In this document: positions 55,071 through 62,917 of the stretch, one piece after another
Layout: every line of letters begins with the position of its first letter
How positions within the stretch are numbered: position 1 is the stretch's first letter
Assembly: GCA_017463445.1 (NCBI GenBank)
Contig: JAFTPF010000011.1
Span: 33,087 to 97,086 of the forward strand
Source: Clostridia bacterium
Lineage (GTDB): Bacteria; Bacillota; Clostridia; Oscillospirales; CAG-272
Direction: 5' to 3'
Length of the DNA: 64,000 bases
Position numbers and translations under genes: made by a program
The notes under the pieces: generated by a model
Told to the model about the DNA's origin: nothing
Databases searched by the model: none
What the model saw: the letters and a program-made list of their open reading frames with translations, nothing else

Positions 55071-57056
55071 TCAATACACTCTCACCCGATCACAAAACAC
55101 AACAATCGGTGCCACCGCCCATGGGTGAAAGAGACTGGTGTTCCACTTCTGCTCTATCCCCCACGCCTCAAAGGTGACACTCGCACCCTCGCGGAGCATA
55201 TTGACCCACGCGCCCTCGTCGGTGGCAAGAGCTTCGCAAAGTGCACCCTCTCCTGCCTGTTTGAGAGCAGCGAGAGCAAAATACGCCATATAAACGCCCA
55301 TAGAGGCGAGCTTTTTCGCCGCAATGATCTCCACCAGCCGCCGTTTCAGCGCCTCGTCCTCGCATCCGATGCCGAAGAGCAGTGGGAAGATCTGGGAATG
55401 CACCGATGCGTGATCGCTCTCGGCAGAGTCGGCAAACAAACCCGTTTCGGCGCGGTAAAAGGTCTTCACAAACGCCGATCTCGTCTTTTCCGCACCGACA
55501 TCGGCGGATTTTCCGAGGATTCCGTAGATCTCACCTATCGCCAGCTTCAGCCCATACCAGAGAGCATTGATCACATTGTGCAGTCCCTCTCCCACGGGGT
55601 TGGTGAGCGGAAAATCATAGCCGTCTCTGAGACCCGCCGGCCAGTCCACCAGATTCCACTTGTCGGTGACTTTTTCCAGCAGTCCGTCGAGGCGTTCAAA
55701 CTGCCGAAAATATTCGTACACCCCCGTCGCCCAAGGCTCAGCACGGCGAAGGAAGTCGAGATCGCCGTCCACCGAGTAGATCCAAGCGATCAGCGCAGGG
55801 TATTCCAGCGAATAGTCGGCGATCTCCTGCATATGGGAGCACCCGGTCACCGCCATCAACCCGGGACAGATGAAGGAAGTCCTGCCGAAATTCTCGGCGA
55901 CCTGCTTCAGAAGGGTAGTATCTCCCGTCAGGATCGCCTGCGCTCTGCCCGACACCATCATGTCGCCAAGATACGCGCCCTTTTCCCGGGTGGGACAGTC
56001 GATAAACTGCTCCTGCGTGCCGTATTTTACCGTATTTTCGCACAGATTCAGCACTTTTCGCAGGTTTTCGTTGTCGGTCGCGTATTCGCGCCGCTTTTGG
56101 TAAGGATAATGGCGCACCGTCATCGACACGTCGCTGATCTCCACACTGTCGGGGAAGATCAGCTCGGCGTAGCGGAAAGCTTTGTAATCGAACTGTCGGA
56201 GAATATCCTCGCCCCCCGACAGGATCCACTTTTCCTCGTAGCGACAGTTACAGCGCATCTCATAGCGGGGCGAGCCGTCAGCAGACAGCTCCTCGCCGTA
56301 GCGGAGAATCACCGTATCTCCCCGATTTCCGCGGGCTTGGGCGGTCAAAACGCCCACCGCTTCGGTAGGGAAGGTGAGACGAAGCCCTCTCTCGGTACGC
56401 TTGCAAGTCTCGGGAAGCATGGGATAGACCGCGATCTGCTCCGATGTTTGCGGGATCAGACTCCATCCACCTGTCGTGTTGACTTTGGCAAGGTCCCATT
56501 TGCTGTCGTCGAAATCTTTTTCAAAAAACTTGTCTTCGGGAGATGCCGAATCGTAGCACTCGGCAAAGGCGGTATCGTAACCGATCCTACCGCAGGCAGT
56601 ATAGCCGGTGTGATAGGCGCACTTCCAACTCTCGTCGCTGACCAAGACCACTTCGCCGTCCAGCGAAAGGGAGCAATACAGCATCTGTCTGAGATCTCCC
56701 GACACCCACACGCGGTTGCGGAGTCCTTGGTAGTAGGTGTGGACGGCAAAGACGTTCTCACCCTCCACGAGATGGTCGGTGACGTCGATCTCATTGACAT
56801 AGTAAGCGTGGGGATAGCCGGGCGCAGGCCCTTCAGTGACGTAGCGTCCGTTGATATATAATTTGTAGAAATCATCTGCCGTGATCCGCAAAATAGCGCG
56901 GGAAAAGCCGCCGAAGGTCGCTCTGCGGCGGTAGAGAATGTGCTTGTTTTGGAGATCGGCAGAATGCGAGTAGGGGATCTTCTTGTGCTCCTTGTGAAAA
57001 ACAGGAAGGGGAGAGAGCCCGACAAAGTCGGGGTGAGAGATAAATGAAGGTGTCAT
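55071..57056 (-). CDS. alpha-L-rhamnosidase-like glycoside hydrolase (GH78), cytoplasmic
   Basis: The N-terminal domain is FYKLYINGRYV...ENVFAVH. The catalytic-domain signature is DCPTREKGAYLGD. There is no signal peptide. ATG 57056 overlaps the rfbB stop (ATGA). Confidence 0.75.
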   Translation of the reverse strand: MTPSFISHPDFVGLSPLPVFHKEHKKIPYSHSADLQNKHILYRRRATFGGFSRAILRITADDFYKLYINGRYVTEGPAPGYPHAYYVNEIDVTDHLVEGENVFAVHTYYQGLRNRVWVSGDLRQMLYCSLSLDGEVVLVSDESWKCAYHTGYTACGRIGYDTAFAECYDSASPEDKFFEKDFDDSKWDLAKVNTTGGWSLIPQTSEQIAVYPMLPETCKRTERGLRLTFPTEAVGVLTAQARGNRGDTVILRYGEELSADGSPRYEMRCNCRYEEKWILSGGEDILRQFDYKAFRYAELIFPDSVEISDVSMTVRHYPYQKRREYATDNENLRKVLNLCENTVKYGTQEQFIDCPTREKGAYLGDMMVSGRAQAILTGDTTLLKQVAENFGRTSFICPGLMAVTGCSHMQEIADYSLEYPALIAWIYSVDGDLDFLRRAEPWATGVYEYFRQFERLDGLLEKVTDKWNLVDWPAGLRDGYDFPLTNPVGEGLHNVINALWYGLKLAIGEIYGILGKSADVGAEKTRSAFVKTFYRAETGLFADSAESDHASVHSQIFPLLFGIGCEDEALKRRLVEIIAAKKLASMGVYMAYFALAALKQAGEGALCEALATDEGAWVNMLREGASVTFEAWGIEQKWNTSLFHPWAVAPIVVFCDRVRVY

Positions 57057-58039
57057 ACTGTCCCGCCCTTCCAAAGGGGACGCCACCAATCGCCGCTTTC
57101 CAGATACCAGCGGACGGTGCGCTCCAGCCCTTCCGAAAAATCGGTTCGGGGTGTCCATCCCAGCTCACGACGGAGCTTTTCCGAGTCAATGGAATACTTT
57201 CGGTCGTGCCCCTTGCGGTCGGCAACGTAGATGATCAGCTCCTCCCCCTTGCCAAGCAGTCTCAGCAGACGGCGGATAAGCTCCAGATTGCAGATTTCGT
57301 CGGAGCTACCCACATTGTAGACCTCGCCGGGCTTGCCCTTTTGCAGGATCAGATCCACGGCAGCGCAATGATCCTCCACGTACAGCCAGTTGCGCACGTT
57401 CAGACCGTCTCCGTAGACCGGGAGCGGCTTGTCCGAGAGCGCATTTGCAATCATCAGCGGGATCAGCTTTTCGGGGAACTGATAGGACCCGTAATTATTG
57501 GAAGAGCGGCTGACTGTCGCCGGCAGACCGTAGGTACGAAAATAGGACAGCGTCAGGAGGTCTGCCGAGGCTTTGGAAGCGGAATAAGGACTGCTGGGAC
57601 ATAGCGGCGACGCTTCGGTAAAGCGATTATCGGAGTCCAGTGGCAGATCGCCGTAGACCTCGTCGGTGGAGATCTGGTGAAACCGCTTTACGCCATACTT
57701 GCGGGAAGCGTCCAACAGCACGCCCGTCCCCAGAACGTTGGTGCGCAAAAACACCTCAGGATCCTCGATCGAGCGATCCACATGGCTCTCCGCGGCAAAA
57801 TTCACTACTACATCGGGATGTTCTTCGGAAAACACCCGGTCGATCAGATCGCGGTCGCAAATATCCCCCTGCACAAAGCAAAACCGAGGATCGGAAAGGA
57901 TAGGCTCCAGCGTAGACAGATTGCCTGCGTAGGTCAGTTTGTCCACGCACACGATGCGGCGATCGGGATATTTCTTCATTATATAAAAGATGAAATTGCT
58001 ACCGATAAATCCGGCTCCGCCGGTGATCAGCATGGTCAT
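57053..58039 (-). CDS. rfbB: dTDP-glucose 4,6-dehydratase
   Basis: MLITGGAGFIGSNF is the Rossmann motif. The YSASKA catalytic motif is present. GGGAGG is the RBS before ATG 58039. Confidence 0.92.
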   Translation of the reverse strand: MTMLITGGAGFIGSNFIFYIMKKYPDRRIVCVDKLTYAGNLSTLEPILSDPRFCFVQGDICDRDLIDRVFSEEHPDVVVNFAAESHVDRSIEDPEVFLRTNVLGTGVLLDASRKYGVKRFHQISTDEVYGDLPLDSDNRFTEASPLCPSSPYSASKASADLLTLSYFRTYGLPATVSRSSNNYGSYQFPEKLIPLMIANALSDKPLPVYGDGLNVRNWLYVEDHCAAVDLILQKGKPGEVYNVGSSDEICNLELIRRLLRLLGKGEELIIYVADRKGHDRKYSIDSEKLRRELGWTPRTDFSEGLERTVRWYLESGDWWRPLWKGGTV

Positions 58040-58095
58040 ACGGACACCTCCCTTGATTCTGTAATCAGCATAGAACATACTTTTTAACAAGTCAA

Positions 58096-58545
58096 TCAAT
58101 GATGCATTCTCTGCGCAGCCTTTAAAACATACACCGTATTGATTGTATATACGGTTGCTACTACGGCAACGATCAAGAAATATATTTGAAATTCAAAAAA
58201 TACCCTGTATAATACTACGGATCCAAATAAAACAAACCACATTGAAATGGATACAACCGACATGATCGTTATCAAAATGATTGATTTGTGTTTCAGCTTG
58301 GTATTTGTGTGCACCTTTCCGTCCGTTTCGTCTTTTAACCATTCATAGCAATTCAGATAGTAAATGTCTGTCCACATCAAAAAGGCGGTGATCAGCAACA
58401 AAACAACAACGGGAGGTATTGCCTTGATGATAACTCCCGCCAGTACCGTAAATGTTGCCATCGCTACAGTCATCAAAGAAGATATCACCAGCATGATCAT
58501 CGTTATAGTCTTTGCGGTGTTGTGTTTCATTTCTTCCTCCATCAC
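58096..58545 (-). CDS. four-TM membrane protein, unknown function (AT-rich island)
   Basis: 149 aa with four hydrophobic segments. Confidence 0.5.
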   Translation of the reverse strand: MMEEEMKHNTAKTITMIMLVISSLMTVAMATFTVLAGVIIKAIPPVVVLLLITAFLMWTDIYYLNCYEWLKDETDGKVHTNTKLKHKSIILITIMSVVSISMWFVLFGSVVLYRVFFEFQIYFLIVAVVATVYTINTVYVLKAAQRMHH

Positions 58546-58565
58546 TCAGCAAACAAAGCTATCTA

Positions 58566-59108
58566 TTACAAACGACCCAATTTATCAATCGGAAGATCTC
58601 GTTCTTGCTGAATACATATCGCTTTATGCTCCGCCATCTTTATTACATACCATGCGTTTTCCATATCAGTGTTAAAATCAATCATCCATCTGCCCGCCAT
58701 ATTATACAACGCAATTGTAACCGTTTTTTCGTTTGATTCTTCCAACACTCTTACACACGAAACGTCTTTCCAAAGTATCTTCTTTTTAAATATCCAAAAG
58801 GAAGAACGCAACAGTTCGCCATCATCGACACTGCACTGAAAAGAAAAAGCATGTACGGATAATGACAGCAGCACAACGCCTAAACCAATAAATATAGCAT
58901 ACAAATACCGTGTTTCATGTTTAATGAAAGCCCAAAGCAATAAAAAAACAATAATCCAAACCAGCGTAGCGCAAATTTTAACAAGTGTCTTTTTACGAGG
59001 ATGTTTTATCACAAAGTAATCTGTGTATTCTATTTCGGGCATTTTCTCCGGAGAACCCTTCGAAAGCCCAAAAAGCAATTCCATACACAACTCAACAAAA
59101 TGTCCCAT
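58566..59108 (-). CDS. two-TM membrane protein with C-terminal soluble domain, unknown function (AT-rich island)
   Basis: 180 aa with a TM hairpin, then a ~90-aa domain. No family is recognised. Confidence 0.5.
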   Translation of the reverse strand: MGHFVELCMELLFGLSKGSPEKMPEIEYTDYFVIKHPRKKTLVKICATLVWIIVFLLLWAFIKHETRYLYAIFIGLGVVLLSLSVHAFSFQCSVDDGELLRSSFWIFKKKILWKDVSCVRVLEESNEKTVTIALYNMAGRWMIDFNTDMENAWYVIKMAEHKAICIQQERDLPIDKLGRL

Positions 59109-59233
59109 ATTACGTTTCCTCCTTTTGCCGTGTTGTTGAAGATGAGTTTACCTTTCTTGGCTTCAGTATAGCATAAACCGAGTAATTTGTCAATGAAACG
59201 AAACCCACTTGCGATGCAAGTGGGTTTCAGAGA

Positions 59234-59668
59234 TCAAAATCCCGCTTCGTAGTAGTATAGATGATCGCAGATCTTCTCGGTGTAATATCGATCGGAGCTG
59301 TCACAGCTCCAACCGTCTCCGTCAGGCTTCAGCTCCAGCCAGCCTCCCCAGGAGTGGACGGGAAGGGGTTCGTCGGTTTCGCTGTAATAAAAGCCGTAAT
59401 CCACACCCGAAACGGAAAGCCCGTGTCCGCCACAATAGAAATCCACCCAGCCCTCTCCGGCTGTGGCATCGCTGATATACGTATGGAGCGCCAGCACGTC
59501 GTCATACTCGCCCGATTGGGTAGAGTTTAGGATCAGCTCACGGTTGGCTTCCACCAAATCGAAGATCTCGCTTTTGTTCAGGTATTCTTTTTGGGTAATG
59601 CATCCGGTAAATGAGGAGAATAACAGGGTCAGAAGGAGAAAGAGGGAAAGCTTTTTGAGATATATCAT
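59234..59668 (-). CDS. lipoprotein, unknown function
   Basis: Signal peptide with lipobox SSFTGC. Confidence 0.6.
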   Translation of the reverse strand: MIYLKKLSLFLLLTLLFSSFTGCITQKEYLNKSEIFDLVEANRELILNSTQSGEYDDVLALHTYISDATAGEGWVDFYCGGHGLSVSGVDYGFYYSETDEPLPVHSWGGWLELKPDGDGWSCDSSDRYYTEKICDHLYYYEAGF

Positions 59669-59789
59669 TTGGTTTGAGCTCCTTTGGCGGTATTAATGGA
59701 GGCGAATTTTCCTTATTATAGCATACTTGCGACTAAACGTCAACTATCAACGCAACGGGCAAGCGATTACGTTCCGTTTATGCAGAGGA

Positions 59790-59960
59790 ATCAAATGAAG
59801 CATCGCCTGCGGCGATATGAAGCACTCGCGAATTGCTACGCAATTTTCGCTCGTATGAAGCATTTGCTACGCAAATATGAAGCGCTTCGCGCGTCCTCAC
59901 GCGTGAAGCGCACATCACTGCCGAAAGCAACATCACGTTCCGCCGGGCGGAACACATCGT
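59790..59960. repeat. degenerate array of short hairpin units (5 units starting (A)TGAAGC, then 3 units starting ACATCAC/ACACATC)
   Basis: ATGAAGC occurs at 59795, 59817, 59855 and 59877, and TGAAGC at 59904. Each is followed by a small hairpin, for example ATCGCC-TGC-GGCGAT and ATTTGC-TAC-GCAAAT. Two units are exactly 22 nt. Confidence 0.7.
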
Positions 59961-60003
59961 AAAAAAGCACACATTTGCCTGGTAGACAAATGTGTGCTTT
60001 TTT
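59961..60003 (-). terminator. rho-independent (bidirectional) terminator after tRNA-Trp
   Basis: AAAAAAGCACACATTTG...CAAATGTGTGCTTTTTT. Confidence 0.8.
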
Positions 60004-60004
60004 C

Positions 60005-60080
60005 TGGCAGGGGCGCAAGGACTCGAACCCTGGACATGCAGTTTTGGAGACTGCCGTTCTACCAACTGAACTACACCCCT
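60005..60080 (-). tRNA. tRNA-Trp (anticodon CCA)
   Basis: Manual fold of the reverse complement. The acceptor is AGGGGTG/CGCCCCT. The D stem is GTTC/GAAC. The anticodon stem is GCAGT/ACTGC with loop CUCCAAA. The T loop is TTCGAGT and the CCA is encoded. Confidence 0.88.
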
Positions 60081-60093
60081 ATTGGACTTTCCT

Positions 60094-60122
60094 ATTATAG
60101 CATATCAAAATCAAAAAAGCAA
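60094..60122 (-). promoter_or_regulatory. putative promoter of tRNA-Trp
   Basis: The minus strand reads TTGCTT, 17 nt, TGCTATAAT (extended -10). The -10 is at 60094-60099. Confidence 0.45.
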
Positions 60123-60176
60123 TACCTATTTTCAAAAAATTTTTCTCTTTTTTCCGAAAAATTTCGCCGATCCCTC

Positions 60177-60205
60177 TTGACAACTCCGCGTAAATATGAT
60201 AATAT
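60177..60205 (+). promoter_or_regulatory. sigma-A type promoter of the ArsR-family gene
   Basis: TTGACA, 17 nt, TAATAT. Confidence 0.55.
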
Positions 60206-60211
60206 AAACAC

Positions 60212-60227
60212 ATGAACAATTATTCAT
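60212..60227. promoter_or_regulatory. candidate ArsR/SmtB operator (imperfect inverted repeat)
   Basis: ATGAACAATTATTCAT (TGAAcAATTaTTCA) lies between the -10 and the RBS. Confidence 0.45.
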
Positions 60228-60611
60228 ATGAAGGAGGAAAACCAAATGCCCGAACAGAACGGCGTGGAGGTATGCGAGTTCCTGTGCGCCCACGAATCGG
60301 TGGTCTCAGAGGTCAGAGAGCATATGCCGGACGAGGACACTCTATTTGAGTTGGCGGAGTTTTATAAGGTCTTCGGCGATTCCACCCGCATCCGCATCCT
60401 GACGGTGCTCTGCCGCCACGAGATGTGCGTCTGCGACCTTGCCACCATCCTTTCCATGAACCAATCCGCCATCTCCCACCAGCTCCGCATCTTGAAGCAA
60501 GCCCGACTGATCACCTCCCGCAGAGAAGGGAAGCAGGTCTTCTACTCTCTTGCCGACGATCATGTCCGCCACATCCTGGACACCGCCATCGAGCATCTTG
60601 CCGAACGGTAA
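60228..60611 (+). CDS. ArsR/SmtB-family metalloregulator (CadC-like)
   Basis: FKVFGDSTRIRILTVLCRHEMCVCDLA holds the CVC metal site in helix alpha-3. The wHTH is SAISHQLRILK. Confidence 0.88.
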   Translation: MKEENQMPEQNGVEVCEFLCAHESVVSEVREHMPDEDTLFELAEFYKVFGDSTRIRILTVLCRHEMCVCDLATILSMNQSAISHQLRILKQARLITSRREGKQVFYSLADDHVRHILDTAIEHLAER

Positions 60612-60648
60612 CCGCTCCTTATTTAGTTGCAATACAGAATCGGATGAA

Positions 60649-60724
60649 GGAAAAAACCATCTCAAACGCCAAAGCTTTTCCCTTCCCCCAAACCTCCATC
60701 CCTATTCCTTGGCTATCGCCGACG
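60649..60724 (+). repeat. dispersed ~70-nt repeat, copy C
   Basis: GGAAAAAACCATCTCAAACGCCAAAGCTTTTCCCTTCCCCCAAACCTCCATCCCTATTCCTTGGCTATCGCC aligns with copy A. Shared blocks are CCATCTCAAACGCC, ACCTCC and TTCCTTGGCT. Confidence 0.75.
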
Positions 60725-60788
60725 AATAAAAAACTGCAATTTGTTATAGCAATAATACCTTTATTAAAATATAGAAAGCGAGTTTATT

Positions 60789-61019
60789 ATGATCATTACC
60801 AAAACCTACCGTTTCACCGACATCGACTGCCCCAACTGTGCCGCAAAAGCCGAGGCAAAGATCAAAAAGATCCGCGGCGTACAGGACGCATCCATCGCGT
60901 TTTTCGCGCAGAAGGTGACCATCACCGCCGACGAAGCTGATTTCGCCACCATCTATCCCGAGGCAGTTGCCGCTGTGAAAAAGATCGAGCCCGACTGCGA
61001 GCTGGTGGAAGTAAAATGA
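60789..61019 (+). CDS. stand-alone heavy-metal-associated (HMA) domain protein
   Basis: 76 aa. DIDCPNCAAKAEAKIKKIRGV is a CxxC metal-binding loop in a ferredoxin-like fold. Its stop overlaps the ATPase start (ATGA). Confidence 0.75.
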   Translation: MIITKTYRFTDIDCPNCAAKAEAKIKKIRGVQDASIAFFAQKVTITADEADFATIYPEAVAAVKKIEPDCELVEVK

Positions 61020-62857
61020 AGCTCTCCCGCGCCCAAAAGCGCAAGCTGACCGCCATCCTGCTCTCCGGCGCACTGTTGATTGCCGCCGCCATTCTCGACG
61101 CGATGCAGACCCCCGTTTGGTGGGTCGCACTTCTACTCTACATTCCCGCCTTTTTGCTGGCAGGCTACGAGACCCTGCTGTCCGCAGGCCGCAACATCCT
61201 GCATGGACAGGTGTTTGACGAGAACTTTCTGATGTCCGTCGCCTCCATTTGTGCCATGATCCTGGGCGAGCACGCAGAGGCTGTGGGCGTTCTACTGTTC
61301 GGAGCGCTGGGCGAGCTGTTCGAATCCTACGCCATCGGCTCTGCCAGACGGTCAGTGAAAGCCCTTGCCAAGCTCTGCCCCGACACGGTACACCTGCTAC
61401 GTGCAGACGGCTCCGCCGAGGACATCGCCGCCGAGGATGCCGAGGCGGGCGCACTCTTCCTGGTCTACGCCGGCGAGCGCATCCCGCTGGACGGCGTGAT
61501 CGTAGAGGGCGAGGCCGCGCTGGACTGCGCCGCCCTCACCGGCGAATCGCTCCCTGTAGAGGTAGAATCGGGCGCCGAGGTGTCGGCAGGCACCATCAAT
61601 CTGAACGGATTTTTGAAGATCCGCGCCCTGCGACCCGCAAAGGAATCCTCCGCCGCCCGCATTCTGGCAATGGTAGAGGACGCATCCGCCAAAAAAGCGA
61701 GATCCGAGGCGTTTATCACCAAATTTGCCCGCTATTACACCCCCATCGTGGTGGGAGCGGCGATTCTGCTTGCAGTCGTCCCCTCTCTCATCTTCGGGAA
61801 CTATACCGACTGGATCTACCGTGCGCTGAACTTCCTGGTCATCTCCTGCCCCTGCGCGCTGGTGATCTCGGTACCCCTGACCTTTTTCGGTACCATCGGC
61901 GGTTCCGCCCGCCGGGGTATCCTGTTCAAGGACGCCGCCGCCATCGAGACACTGTCGGAAACGTCGGTAGCCGCCTTTGACAAGACCGGAACCCTGACCG
62001 AAGGCCGCCTCTCCCTTGCACAGGCATACCCCGTAGGTTGCACCCGTGAGGAGCTGCTCAACTATGCCGCCGCCGCGGAATACGGCTCCACTCACCCCAT
62101 CGCCAAGGCGATCCTTGAAAACGCCTCGATCGCTCCCGAAGAGATCTCCCATTCCACCGAGCTGCGCGGCAAAGGCCGCACCTGCACCCTGAGCGGTCGG
62201 AAGATTGCCGTAGGTCGCCGCCGTTTGCTTGACGAGCTTGGCGTCTACATCCCCGATGCAGAGGAAAGCACCACCGTAGTTTACGTTGCCGAAGACGGAC
62301 AGTATCGGGGCTACATCACCTTCTCAGACCGGATCAAATCCGACTCGGCGGAAGCCATCACCGCTCTGCACCGGGCGGATGTATCCACCGTGATGCTGTC
62401 AGGCGACAACCGCAACGGTGCTGAGCGAGTAGCATCTGGGCTGGGTATCAGCCGCTACCGCTGGGGACTGCTTCCCGAGGATAAAGTCAACGCGCTGGGC
62501 GAACTGTCCGCAGAGAGCGAGGGCAAGCTGATCTTCGTAGGCGATGGCATCAACGACGCGCCCTCTCTTGCCGCGGCAGACGCAGGGATTGCTATGGGCG
62601 GCATCGGCTCGGACGCGGCTATCGAAGCCGCCGACGTAGTCCTGCCCGGCGACAATCCGCTAAAGGTAGCAGAAGCCGTCCGCATCTCCCGCAAGGCTAT
62701 GCGTATCGCACGCCAGAACATCGTCTTCGCGCTGGGCGTAAAGGGCTTGTTCCTGCTCCTGTCGGCATTTGGTCTCACTAATATGTGGATGTCGGTCTTC
62801 GCCGACGTGGGCGTATCGGTGATCGCTATTCTGAACGCCATGCGGACGCTGCGATGA
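61016..62857 (+). CDS. heavy-metal-translocating P1B-type ATPase (Cd/Zn/Co-type)
   Basis: The CPC TM motif is SCPCALV. DKTGTLT, HP (STHPIAKA) and GDGINDAP are present. There is no fused N-terminal metal-binding domain. Confidence 0.9.
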   Translation: MKLSRAQKRKLTAILLSGALLIAAAILDAMQTPVWWVALLLYIPAFLLAGYETLLSAGRNILHGQVFDENFLMSVASICAMILGEHAEAVGVLLFGALGELFESYAIGSARRSVKALAKLCPDTVHLLRADGSAEDIAAEDAEAGALFLVYAGERIPLDGVIVEGEAALDCAALTGESLPVEVESGAEVSAGTINLNGFLKIRALRPAKESSAARILAMVEDASAKKARSEAFITKFARYYTPIVVGAAILLAVVPSLIFGNYTDWIYRALNFLVISCPCALVISVPLTFFGTIGGSARRGILFKDAAAIETLSETSVAAFDKTGTLTEGRLSLAQAYPVGCTREELLNYAAAAEYGSTHPIAKAILENASIAPEEISHSTELRGKGRTCTLSGRKIAVGRRRLLDELGVYIPDAEESTTVVYVAEDGQYRGYITFSDRIKSDSAEAITALHRADVSTVMLSGDNRNGAERVASGLGISRYRWGLLPEDKVNALGELSAESEGKLIFVGDGINDAPSLAAADAGIAMGGIGSDAAIEAADVVLPGDNPLKVAEAVRISRKAMRIARQNIVFALGVKGLFLLLSAFGLTNMWMSVFADVGVSVIAILNAMRTLR

Positions 62858-62878
62858 TCATCAACATACCGCAACACC

Positions 62879-62910
62879 AAAGAACAGGCTCCGCAGAGCC
62901 TGTTCTTTTT
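62879..62910. terminator. bidirectional terminator
   Basis: AAAGAACAGGCTC...GAGCCTGTTCTTTTT lies between convergent genes. Confidence 0.75.
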
Positions 62911-62917
62911 CACTGTA

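Noticed and set aside
58040-60004. An integrated mobile element at tRNA-Trp with att repeats.
   Set aside because: I found no duplicate of the tRNA-Trp 3' end (GGCGCAAGGACTCGAACC…) at the far side of the AT-rich block, and no integrase or recombinase ORF. Only the compositional anomaly is reported.
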